From the NCBI RefSeq assembly GCF_009914755.1, contig NC_060935.1: DNA of 64,000 nt, one strand, 5' to 3'. The position numbers were made by a program, and so were the translations under genes. Shown here in pieces: positions 14,811-26,660 of this stretch. A model generated the notes under the pieces. It had not been told where the DNA came from, did no database searches, and saw only the letters and a list, made by a program, of their open reading frames with translations. Position 1 is the first letter of the stretch; every line of letters begins with the position of its first letter. Origin of the DNA: the human T2T-CHM13v2.0 reference genome, Homo sapiens.

Positions 14811-15587
14811 GCTCATACCCACAACATTCTGCTCATGCAGCCTCATCAACCGGATTTCACGAAGTTCCTTGAAGCCTTGTTGCAACGGCAATTTTCTACC
14901 ATGTTCCTTTTTTTTTTTTTTTTCTGTCAGGCATCTGTGCCTTCTCACTACTAAACATGCATCTCACATTCCCCACCCTGGCCTTAAAGGCCACCAACAC
15001 CTCATTGAAAACCCTTGTTCCTCACAGGAGGTGCTGCTGATCCCTGACAGACCCGCCTGTTTGTACCCCTCTCCTGTGGTTGGTTGTCACCAGGGCTGTT
15101 ATTAAAGCCAGAAATAGGATGCAGAGCTCTAGTCCTCCTCCAGACTTCTCACCCGGGAAGTTCCCACATGGCTGTGATATCATGGCATCCCCTCCCCCTC
15201 CCATGATGTCATTCCCACAGCCCAGCTCCCTCCCCTCCCCTCCCCAGATTTCCACCTGCACCCAAGCAGGAGTCACAGATCATCTCACATGACTAGGAAC
15301 AGTTAAGAATGAGACCTGTGAGAAGTAGAATCTTTCTTTGGTTGGGGCCAGAAACTATTCCCTCCCATCTGCCTCTGCCCCTCCCAAGAGGATAATTCAT
15401 CCTGGCTACCACATGTTAGCCCCTCATCTGCCTGGGAGTGAGGTGGGGGACTTCACATACAACTCCTTCTTCCTCTTCCCTCACCTCCTCTTCTTCACAG
15501 GACCAGAGCCAAGATCCTTCCACTCTGAAAACTCCTACACCCATGTGGCATCTCAAATCAGCTGTGTGTTTGTCTGGAGTATGTGTC

Positions 15588-15589
<2 letters not shown>

Positions 15590-15644
<55 letters not shown>

Positions 15645-15645
15645 G
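15590..15645. repeat. (TG)~21 microsatellite
   Basis: Seen directly. Confidence 0.95.
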
Positions 15646-17059
15646 GCTGAGCTGTAGACCTGTGGAGGACATGAAATCAGTCCATCGTTGGGAAGTTGGT
15701 TGAAAATAAACTAGGTTCCCGGGCATAGGATGGATGCTGGCACCAGCTTTAAATGGGCCTGTTGCCTTTTTCCTCACATCCAGAGCAGTGAGGCTCTGGG
15801 TGTAGTCCTGGCATCAAGATTGGGGAAGGGATGGCCACGGGCCAAGGGCTGTGTTCTATGCAAAGCATGCATATTGACTAGATTACATCTTGCAGACATG
15901 GGATGCAGAGAGCCAGATAGGACTTCTTGTTGTTCCCCAACTTTTCTTTGTTAGCATGCAGGCTCACAGCACTTTTCAAGTGTGATTCTGTGCTAGACAC
16001 TGTGCTAGGAGCTAAGCATACACATAAGGGAAGAAGGGTTACAAAATTTAATCCATTACAACTCAGATATGAGAGAAAATGAGCTCTATTATCGAAAATG
16101 AATTTGGGATTCTTTCCCAGAAAAATAGGTGAAGGGTGGGGGAAAAGTAACTAAACGTCCAAACTGGTTTAGAGCTTGATCTCATCCAATAATGCCACAG
16201 CCCTTTTTGGAAATGCCAGTCTCCAAAACAAAGCTGCTCAGTCTCCCACATTATCCCTCTGTCCTCCTAGTCCTCTTACTCAGGTGGAAGAAAGAAGGAG
16301 GGGGCTTTATGTAACATCATGGTAGAGGGAGAAGTTTCAGAGTTCTCCAGCCCCTTTGGTCTACAGAGCCACACCCTTGTCCTCATGTCTGGTCTTTGTT
16401 CTGTTGGCATTTTAAGCCAAATCTGTGCCTTGTATACTTTGTGATCTAGTCTCTTTCTTTGGATTTGGTTAGAGCCCATGTCTCCCACCTTTCCAGGTGG
16501 ACTCAGCCTCACTTTGGCCCTGCTGATGTTATGGGCCTCATAAAGTTGAGCCATGACTCTCATCAGGCCCAGCCTGCATGGTGGTATCCACGGCCTTGCC
16601 CCAGGTCTATGGTGGCCTGCTGTTCAAGACTCCACAGAAGGGCCCCTGGCTACTTCTAATTCTTGCCTTTGCCATGAAGCAGCCAAGGATAGTTGGGTCA
16701 GCAAAGCCCTACTTTAGGAGTTCCTTCTGCCTGTTTATGCTACAGACTCCTCCAGCCTGCCAGGTTGCTTCTAAGTCTGTCTTGTCCAATGTCAGTAAAT
16801 TCTTAACGGGATGGTGTATTAGTCATGTTTTTATCAGCAGAATCGATTTTAGTGCTTGGCACATAGTAAGAGCTTTGTAAATGTTTGTTGGATAAATGAA
16901 TGAGTGAAATGTGTTTGGCTGGGGCTCCACATTACGAAGGCCACATAGCATCCTTTGGATAAAATTAGCATCTCAGAGAGAGATGACAGAAGTTTCCAGA
17001 ACAATTGGAAGACAAGTTGTCTATGAGAGTAGCTAGTTTTGTTGAAAAATCACCAGGGG

Positions 17060-17250
17060 TCAGGCACTGTGCCAAGGGCATTACAAACACATTTTCCTAC
17101 TTGAAGTCTGCAACAACCCTTTGAGGTAAGGGGTGGGTGTACTATGATTATCGTCATGTTACAGATGAGGATACAGGCCCAGAAATGCTCAGTAACTTGC
17201 CCAAGCACACACAGCTGGAAGTTGGCAGAGTTTGGACTAGAAATCCATAG
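17060..17250 (-). mobile_element. MIR
   Basis: caggcactgtgccaag..caacaaccctttgaggta..ttacagatgagga..taacttgcccaag. Confidence 0.7.
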
Positions 17251-18344
17251 CTAAAGCATTGTGTGCCCTCCTTTCAGCCTGGAAACATCATAGGAGTTTC
17301 CAGTAGATGGGTCTCCTAGGACTCAAAGAACTATTAGAACTGTAAGAAATCCCAAACGGAATGAAATTCTGACCTAATGGAGCCTAAGAATCAGCAGGAG
17401 CCCAAGTCCCAGTTTAAAAAGTAAAGAAAAGACAAGTATAAATACAAGGAAGAAATTCTGTAAAATCAATGCTTTAAACAAGGTCAAATAATTAATGTCT
17501 TCCAGCAGCTTCCATCCTCTGAGAAGGGCCTGACCTGCATGCCACCATGTCCCTTCAAGTGCAGGCAGACAGGGAACTCAGGATAATGGCTCCTTGAGCA
17601 TGGCTAATGTATGATGGAAATGCATCTTTCTCCTCTGGGGCTGGCAATGTAATTTCATACTAAATTTACTGTGGTTTATGTAATTCTTTTCATTCACAGC
17701 AGAAGGAGTTTCTTTGCTGCTTCCCTTTTCAGAAACTTGGAGACCATATATCTTTGCAAAGTGGATTTTTAAAAATAAAGAAGAAAAGATTAAATCAGAG
17801 AAGCTCCCAAGTTTTCTGCCTTCTGCCTGGACCAGCTTCCTGTGCTTCTTCCTTTCCAAAATTGATGTGGTAAATGTTATTGCAGTAGCACTGGCTCAGA
17901 AAAGCCCAGGCCTTCCAAGAATGTAACCTTCATGGAGAAATTCTGCGACTCTTTCTCCTCTTGGGAGGCTAGAGAGGTAAGACGTAGAAGGAGAGAGAGA
18001 AAAAGAGACACGGAGAAATTTGCCTTGTTAGTGGCTTTCAGGAGAACAAGGCCAGAAGACACAGAGTCCCGGACCTTATCCACGTGAGTCCCTCTTCTTT
18101 TTCCACTGTCTGTCACCTGAGCCTTTTCTTATTGCTTCAAAGGCCTTTGCTTGTCAGTCTCCAAAGTGCCCAAGCCCCTTTGTGTCCTAGAAGAATGTAC
18201 CTCCTTCTATCCCTCAAAGAAGGCAGGCCTGAGCCAGGAGATTGGGCAGAGGAGGGGCAGGTCAGACTCATGGGTGGGTGTCAGAGTCCTGATGACTGGA
18301 ATTCTGAGGAGTTTGGACATCTCAGTGATCCTTTAAAAAAATCC

Positions 18345-18381
18345 CTAAAACTTAAAGTATAAAAAAAAAAAAAAAAAAAAA
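18345..18381 (+). mobile_element. Ultra-short L1PA 3'-tip insertion
   Basis: (cc)ctaaaacttaaagtat + A21; TSD aaaaaaatcc (18335-18344 / 18375-18384). Confidence 0.75.
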
Positions 18382-18479
18382 TCCTTACTGCCTCAGTCCC
18401 CGAACAGGAAATTCTGATCTTGAATTGATCTTAGAATAAAATCCTCCCCCAAACCCCAAGAAGCCCTATAGAATCTTCT

Positions 18480-19095
18480 TTCTGTCTTTTTTCTGACCTC
18501 ATCTCATGCTATTCCATCTCATGCCATTGCCTTACACACCTGGCCCTGTGATTTTCTTTCTGCCTCTTTAACACACTAAGACCTTTCCTACCTTTAAGGT
18601 AGCTACTCTCTTTCCTTGGAATGCTCAGCTCTGCACTCCTTTGGCTGGCTGCATCTTGAGCTTTGGGTAGACTCCTAATTGCCTTCTTGTCAGAGAGATT
18701 TCCCCAAATATCTGCTCTTAAAACAGGTCCCTATCTCTCTCACTCTGTAGTCCCTTGCTTTTAAAATTTCTTTCATGGCACTTTGCACAACATATATGAT
18801 CTTTATATATAACATGCCTGCTGTCTGATTCCCCCACTGGAATATACATTCCCCAAGACAGAGATCATGTCTTGCTTGTCCCTGCTAAAGCTGCAGTGCC
18901 TAGCACAGAGGTCATATTCAATTGACATTTACCAAATGAACAGCTGAATTCCAACTCCCTATTACTTCCATGGCTGCCTTCCCTATAGACTGTGAGCTGC
19001 CTGAAGGCAGGGACTGTCTTTCTTCTCTACGTCCTCCATACATAGCACAGATCCTGGAGTAGAAAAGACCCTCTGCACATGTTTGTGAATAAAGG
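18480..19095 (+). mobile_element. L2 fragments
   Basis: cccccactggaatata..cagagatcatgtcttg..cagtgcctagcacag; tagactgtgagctgcctgaaggcagggactgtc. Confidence 0.65.
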
Positions 19096-20444
19096 AAAAT
19101 CTGCATCAGACTTTCTGCTCAAAATGTCTGCAGATGAGTCTCTCTGATCAGTAAGAGATCAGGAAAGCAGAGCAGGCCAGCCAGACAGTAGGCCATGTGT
19201 GAGTGTCCAATTATCAGATGACTTCATCTCCAGATGAGTTGAAAAGAAAGTGATCATCGGAAGCAGTCACAGCCCATTGAATCTTTCTTTGGCATTTGTA
19301 TCACAGTTATGCATCTGCTCTTGGTCCTTCTACCATGCCTGCTCCTGAAAGCTGAGGTTTGGTGTTGGGTTTTTGTGAGGGTGTTTTTCCCTGCTCATTG
19401 CTGGAAGGGATCTTGACAAGTTTCTAGTATCTGGTCCAACTTTTCAGTGAGCAGAAAAATCTCTGCTCAGTCTCAAAATTCTTCTAGTGGCAAGGAATGC
19501 ACCACCTTGAGAGTCAGAACCCCCAGGACTGTGTGGCCATGGGGTTTAGCAATGCCTTGCTCAGGGAGATCCCAAAATTGCCTTGTTGTGACTTTACCCT
19601 TTGGTCGCAGCTCCCCGACCAGGGATTACCTTCTATGGGATGGCCCAGTAGATATGGGAGCTGAATACTGAGCCTTTCTTTCACTCCAGCCAATTAGTCT
19701 ACTCCAGAGACACTTGTCCATTCCTGGGTTTCTCCCCACTCTAACTGACATGCTCTTGCCCAAACTCAATTAGTAGGAAGTGGGTACCCAGTCTCTTCAA
19801 TTCCCTCTGTGGCATTAGAGGTATCTCTCAGCCATGAGAAGAAATGAAGGGCTTTTCTGCTTTCTTGATTGGGGGTGACAAAGAAACCAAAAGCGAAGAG
19901 GTTGTGGAATTTTAATGTCATTTTACACATCACAATCTTTTGTCTGTAACTCTGCCTCCCTTGCCAAAATAGTAACTGGAAGCCTCAATGAGCACCTACT
20001 TTCACTATCTTGAGAGTAGGATTCGTAATACTCTCCTTTCTTCTACCTCTTCCATCTTAGGCTCCTCATCCCAGAAGATGTTGCCGTTAGGCATGCCCTA
20101 GTCTCAGGTGGGCAGTGTACCTTTCCAAAAAGCTCTATATAAGGGAGCAGCCAACTGCTGATTTTCCCCTCCAAGGAATGGCCCCACTGAACAGATTTCC
20201 TCACAGCCCCTCCCTCCTTTTAGGTGAGGTTAGCAGCTCTACCCCTAAATCATTCTCAAGTTCCACGGTCTCAAGTCCCCCTCTTGCCTGGTTATGTCCC
20301 TCTTGTCACTGTCTAGCCCATCAATGTCAGAATAATGGTGACTTGATGTTATGAGATGGCATTATGATGGTGCAATATGCCAGCAAGACAAGAATACACA
20401 GAGCATGCCTTCAAACAATCTCTTATCTTCGTAAGTTTCTGTAA

Positions 20445-20780
20445 TCATATGCTTGAGGTAATATATAGCAAAATACTATAAACTGAGTGGCTTAAACAAC
20501 AAACACTTATTTCTTACCATACTGGAGCCTGGGAAGTCCAAAATCAAGGTGCTAGGCTATTTCGTTCCTGGTGAGGGCTCTCTTCCTGGCTTGCAGGCAG
20601 CTGTCTTCTTGCTGTGTCTTCACATAGTAGAGAAAGAGAGAGGTGGAGAGAGACAGGGAGAGGAAGAGGGAGAGGGAGAGGGAGACAGAGAGAGAGAGAG
20701 AGAGCTCCAATCCTCCAGTTTTTCTTATTATAAAGGCACTAATCCCCTCTGAGGACACCATCCTGATGACCTCATCTGAT
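20445..20780 (-). mobile_element. MLT1A-like MaLR LTR with an internal (GA)n-rich tract (20629-20704)
   Basis: aaactgagtggcttaaacaacaaacacttatttct..ctgggaagtccaaaatcaaggtg..tggtgagggctctcttcctggcttgcag. Confidence 0.75.
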
Positions 20781-21489
20781 ACATGTAGACGAAGCAAAGA
20801 AGAGCAAACCCTAGTGCAGATCTCAACCGAGCAAAACCAGTGCAGTAGAAAACTCCTTTTGTCAGGCCCAGGCCAGAGTCAGTGTAGAGCCCAGAACCAG
20901 GGCAACTCCCACAGTCTGCCTGGTTCCTTATCTTCTCAGTGGGCACACTTGAGTCTCAGATACTTGCCTCCAAGGAGAGAAATGACAGATCCAATACCAC
21001 CCACCAGCACCAGGAAAAAAGGACCAAGAGACAGAGCAAGAGAGACTGGTGGTGCTGATGTGCAGAGTAGGACTGGTTCTGGCCTCCTGTTCCAGGTCTT
21101 CTTAGGCTTGGTCGGTGGCCCTGGAGCCTAAATCAGTCATGTGGGAAGAGAGGGAAGGAAGAGAGAAAGTCAGAGAAGAGAGAGAGCTGGGAATAGGTAT
21201 GGTCAAGAGAAACTGAAAAAAAAAGGACAAGACCACACCCATGTGTCTGGACATAGTAATTCTTTCATAAGGTTTTACCCCTTGAAAATATGACTCAATT
21301 AGATGACCTTGAACTTGACCAATCCAAACTCTGGGGGTCGGAGGTACAGTTAGGGCAAGGCCTGAGGGATCCAATGTTATTCCTGGAAGCCCAAAATCTA
21401 TATCCATTTAAAGGAGAGATACCCATAACTGCATTAGTCTTTATATTTGGTCATTTTTACCTCCCTTGACCTCCTGGCACAATAAACAT

Positions 21490-21800
21490 ATGCGACTTAA
21501 GACTGCTTTAGATCTTTTGGTAGCTGCATCTCACTGTTGGGTTATTCTGAGTTTATATATATTCACCCAAACCCCCAGTTACTTTTCCTATGAAGTGCTT
21601 TCAAGTCAGCTCCACCCCACCCTGAAATTGTATAAATGATCATTTGCACCTTCATTTGGAAGTTCACATTTGTCTCTGCAAAAGGTTGTCATGCTGATTT
21701 TGGCCTATCATTGAAACCCACCAAAATTATTTTGAATTGTAATTTTGCTGTACAACATATGAACTATTTCTGCCTTCTCCACTTTACTGAAATTTTCAAT
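21490..21800 (-). mobile_element. L3/CR1 fragment
   Basis: ttttggtagctgcatctcactgttgg..aaacccccag..ttttcctatgaagtgct..agtcagctccaccccaccctg resembles CR1 consensus (from memory). Confidence 0.55.
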
Positions 21801-22304
21801 GCAGCGTCTCAAGAGTTGCTGCTCAAACTAAAAATGTCCTACTTAGCATTCATCCAGCTGCCTCCTTCACTGCTTCCAAAACAGAGCTCAAAGCTAAACT
21901 CTCCCAGGAAGGCTTCCAAGATTAAATGGGGGCAGAAATGAGGCTCCTTCCTTCTAGGACAAGAGGGAACTCCACAGAGCTGCATCTCAGAGTGGCCCGG
22001 GGCTACTTGTGGATTTCAAAGAGGAAACTCTGTTCTTAGAAATGAAGAGCACAGAATGTGAAACTGCATAATGTCAAATGTGCTGCTTCTGGGGAGAGTC
22101 TTGTGTCCTCAGACACCAGGTGCCTCATTGGCCCCAAAAGAGATACTCATCCCTGCCTTCATGCCATACCTTCTGGGCTATTAAAATACTTACCTCTTCC
22201 TGAGAGAGAAAGGAGTTGTCCAAGAGCCTGCTCTGTAAGTTCTCAACCCTCCCAACCCCAGCCTGCAATCAGAGGAAACAGTTTGACCATTCTGGCTCAT
22301 GAAA

Positions 22305-22560
22305 GGCAGTAAAGCTTGGAGGTCAAGTGCTCAGATCCTGGAACCAAATGGCTCTGGGTTCAGATACTTGCTATGCCGCTTATTAATGGTTTAACCCTGG
22401 GCAAATGCTTCTGCTTTCTAAGCCTCCATGTCTCCTCATCTATAATACAAGACACTTCACAAGTCCGACCTCTAAAGGATAAAATGAAATGACAACGGTA
22501 AAGTCTGGTGCAGAGGGCTCATCACATGGGAGGGAGGCACTCAACAAATGAGAGTGCTCA
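22305..22560 (+). mobile_element. MIR
   Basis: ctgggttcagat..taaccctgggcaaat..ctaagcctcc..ctcatctataa..aggcactcaacaaatg. Confidence 0.6.
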
Positions 22561-22777
22561 TCATTGTGTGGTCACACTTTCCTTACCTCGTCTCTGATTA
22601 CAAATCTGTGACAAGTCTCAGTTATTGGCACTGAGTTCCTACTTGCCCAGCTGGCCACAGTGTCTACTTAAAATAGATGTTTTATCAAAAGTACAAGTGA
22701 TCAATAAGCATTATGTTCTGAAACTGGGGAATCAGTGAAGTTAACTGAGCTGCCTTTCAGTGTCTCTAAACAATTGC

Positions 22778-23313
22778 TATTTCAGTTATCTGTTGCTGCC
22801 TAAGGAACTAGCCCCAGACTCAGCAGCTTAAATTACAAGGATTTAATACCTTTTCATGAGTCCATGGGCTGGCAAGGCTCAGCTGGGTGGTTCTTCTCCA
22901 TATGGGGTTGGCCAGGGTCATGTGTGTAGCTGCCTTCAGCTGGGAGCTGAGCTGGATCACTCTCAATGGCTTTACATGTGCCATGTGCTTTAGCTGGGGT
23001 TGCTGGAACAGCTTGGCCTGGCTGAGCCATTCTCTTTCGACACAGCCTCTCCTAATTTAGTGGTGCCTGGTGACCACTGTTACATGTTGGCTGGATCCTA
23101 GAAGGGTGAAAACAGAAGCTGAAAGGCCCCTTAAGGCCTAGGACTGGAAATTACACTGCATAGCTGCCGCTGCATTCTGTTGGTCAAAGCAAGTCATGGG
23201 ATTGGCCTAGATTTGAGAGAAGAGGAAATGGAATCTACTTCCTTATGGGAGGGACACACATATACAGAGATGGGAGAGATTGTTGGTGGCCACCTTTGCA
23301 GAAAATCTACCAC
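22778..23313 (-). mobile_element. MLT1H-like MaLR solo LTR
   Basis: cagttatctgttgctg..ggctcagctgggtggttcttc..gcattctgttggtcaaagcaagtca..gaaaatctaccaca. Confidence 0.75.
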
Positions 23314-24034
23314 ATCCCTCTGCTCTGATTTCTCTTCCAGTCTCTTTATGTGAACCATGCAAACAGGTGCTACCCAGAGGACACCAGCCATTGGCTCTGG
23401 CCCTGGCTTCCTCCATTTCCCAATCTCACTTGCACGTGGCCTTTGTGCTTCTACCACTATTTGCTTCTTCACACTTAGCTCCTCATGTTCACCCTGGGCA
23501 GAGAGAGAAATGGTGGTAATTTCTTCTAAGCATATTCTCTCAAACTGGCACTTTTACAACATACTTCCTTTGGAAAGATGTTGACCTGACATTTCTTAAG
23601 ACCATGATGGAATGACATTAGAGACAGCAATAAAAAATATGAACATGGCACATAGAGAAAGTAGCAGAGGTGGCACCTATTCTAGGTGTTTTGCACTGTC
23701 TGATCTTGTGGAAAAATCTACGTAGATCCAGCAATAAAGTGCCAGGGCAAGGATGCCCCTGCTTTTTGAGACAACCTGTGTCCTGTCCCTGGGCAGAAAA
23801 CAGCCTCAGCCAAGAGGAAAGACAAAATGCCTCCTTGCAGCCTCTGGACCTACACTCAAGACAGCCAATGCACCAACTCCAGTGTGTAGAGGGGCTAAAG
23901 CTTTATGCCTCATCCTAAAAGGGCTCCCTTTCATTTCTCCACAAGGAGGTAAGGAGTGCCTTTCTCCAAAGTCCGTTTCCTATTTGCTTCCACTGAAAAG
24001 ATGGCTCAGTAATCTCTTGGATCTGGGCGGGATG

Positions 24035-24055
24035 CTGCTGCTGCTGCTGCTGCTG
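24035..24055. repeat. (CTG)7 trinucleotide repeat at a MIR tail
   Basis: Seen directly. Confidence 0.9.
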
Positions 24056-24059
24056 ATAA

Positions 24060-24260
24060 ACAAATAATAAAACAATAGTGCTTACTGAACACTTTATATG
24101 TGCCAGGCACCATACTAAGTGCTTTCAATGCACTATTATTTAAAACTTACACATTCGTAGTAATTTGCCAAGGTCACATAGCTCACAGTCAGTAAGTGGC
24201 CAACCCTGGCTTCAAACCCAGGTCAGTCTAATGCTGGAGACACAATACCTTCACCATCAG
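24060..24260 (-). mobile_element. MIR
   Basis: cttactgaacacttt..tgtgccaggcac..taatttgccaaggtcacatagc..ttcaaacccaggtcagtct. Confidence 0.7.
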
Positions 24261-25099
24261 ACCAAGCACAATGCTTCTGGAATCATTTCATCCAGAAGCC
24301 CCTGCCCAGTGCCAAGTGCCAACTCCTGTCTCAGATAGAACTGGACTGTCAGCTGCTGCTGAAGTCAGCATACCCAAAAGCCTGCCCAGGCCCAAAGACA
24401 GCATGGGACACGAAGCTCCAGACTCAGGTTCTAATTAAACAGAGTGCAATTTCCCTGAAAGGTTTGAGAGAAGAACCCAGAGAAGACATAAAGGGAGCAC
24501 AAACAGCAAGGCAGGCAGGATGCCTTGGAGATGGGAGCTTCAACCTGTTTCACAGGCACAGGTTCCTCCTAGAGCCTCCACTAGCTCCTGTTAGCAGCAT
24601 CCTCCTCTGCTATAGAAGGAGGAAGCATCATTTTCCCAGTGCCTACATGAGGCTTCAGGCACCTTCTCCTTTAGCTTTACTCTGGCTCCCAATGCCAGAC
24701 CCATGGGAAGCTCCTGGGCTGGAACTGTGGGACTGGGCTCTAAGGAGACTACCATTTTGATTAGCCCCCTCTACTGCCACATCTTCCCAAACCACCAGAG
24801 AACCTCTGCAGGCCTGATTCTGGCTTCTCAGGCAGCTGCCATACAAACAAATTTTTGTGTTTGGCTCATTACCAGCCCTGCCACCCTCCAATGAAGCAGA
24901 TCTAGCTAGTTTTACATCTAATTTGCATGACAACCTACACTTTTGCCTGGGAGGACCCTCCACTAAGTTTCCAGGTTATTTTCCTTTTGTTCTGATGGGC
25001 ACCGCTCGGTCTAAAGAACACTAACAAATGCACTGATTTCAACCTAGAAGGCAGTCTCCCTGGAGTTCCTAGGGTCTGTGTCACCAACTCTATCTCTCT

Positions 25100-26660
25100 T
25101 TTGTTTCCTAAGTATTTATTGTTGAATGTGACATATGTAACAGAAAGTGACTTAAAAATGTACAGCTCAATTAATTACCACAAAGCAAACATCCACAGAA
25201 CCACCACCCAAATAAAAATGGAAGAGTGTCCCAGAAGACCCCTCAGGCCTGCTACAGGTCACCCTCCTGTCCCCCGCTGTGATAACTACTGGCCAGATTT
25301 TTGTGGCTAGTATTTGCATTTCTGAATTTTATCACTTAATCAGGCATCTCTACATACTACTATGCATGTCTTCATTTTACTTGCATTGCTTAATTTTACT
25401 TATTTGCATTTTTAAATTGTATCATTTCATCCGGCATCTCCACATACTATAGTTATTAGAATTATTAAAAAATGAAGTCATACAGTATGCTTTTTGTGTC
25501 AGGCTTGTTTTGATCAATGTTATGTTTATGAGATTTATATATATTATGGCTGGATTTCATCTATTTTCATTGTTATATCAAATTCCTTTTTTTTGTCTTT
25601 GAGACAGAGTCTCGCTTTGTCACCCAGGCTGGAGTGCAGTGGCGCGATCTCAGCTCACTGCAAACTCTGCCCTCTCTGCACTCCTCCCCCACCCCACCAC
25701 CACCCACTTTAAGCAATTCCCCTGCCTCAGCCTCCTGAGTAGCTGGGACTGCAGGCATGTACCACCATACCCAGCTGATTTTTTTTTATTTTTAGTAGAG
25801 ATGGGGTTTTGCCATGTTGGCCTCAAACTCCTGACCTCAAGTGATCTGCCCACCTCGGCCTCCCAAAGTGCTGGGATTATAGGCGTGAGCTACTGCACCC
25901 CACCTCAAATTCTTTTTTATAAATACAGCACAAATTATTTAACCACTCTTTTATTGATAGACATTTGGGTTGTTTCCAGTTTGGGACTATCACAAACAAA
26001 GCTGCTATAACCATTATTGAGCATGTCTCTTCGTGTTCATGTGGAATTGCCGGGTAACAGATATGTATGCTTGGTTTTGAGAGACATGCCAAACTATTCT
26101 CCAAGGGGATTATACCAATTTTCAACCCTACCAGTAGTGTATGAGAGTTCTTTTGCTCCATATCTTTGCCAAAGCTTATTATGGTCATTTCTTTTAATTG
26201 TAGCCATTCTGGGTAGTGTTCTCTTTCAGTATACTTCAATTTGCTTTCAATTTTTGCATTTCACTGATTACTAATGAGACTGACTTCCTTTTCCTATATT
26301 TATTGGGCAATTGAATATCCTCTTTTGTGAAGTGCCTACTGGTGATTCTTGCAGATTTTTCTATAAGGTTGTATATATTTTACTTACTGATTTGTAAGAC
26401 ATCTTTTTTATGTTATGGCAATGAAGTCTTTGTTGGTTATGTGTTACAAAATCTTTTCCATTTATGCTTGCTTGCCTTTTCGCTCTCTTAATGGTATGTT
26501 TTGATGAACAGAAGTTCTTAATTTAATGTGGTCCAATTAACTGATCTTTTATTTAGGCTTAGCAACTTTTTTGGGTCTTATTACAGTTAGATTTCCCTAC
26601 CACAAGGTCATAAAAATATTCTATATTTTCTTCAAGGAGTCTTATGGTTTTGCTATTTCA
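25100..26660 (-). mobile_element. Old L1M (L1ME-like) 3' region, interrupted by an Alu
   Basis: tacagctcaattaattaccacaaagcaaaca..gacatttgggttgtttccagtttgg..ttgtgaagtgcct..gatgaacagaagttcttaattt. Confidence 0.75.
25587..25904 (-). mobile_element. AluS/J SINE with a C-rich internal insertion
   Basis: Dimeric Alu; TSD tcaaattc (25578-25585 / 25905-25912). Confidence 0.9.

Noticed and set aside
24035-24055. (CTG)7 as an expansion-disease locus
   Set aside because: Short, at a MIR tail, and with no gene context.
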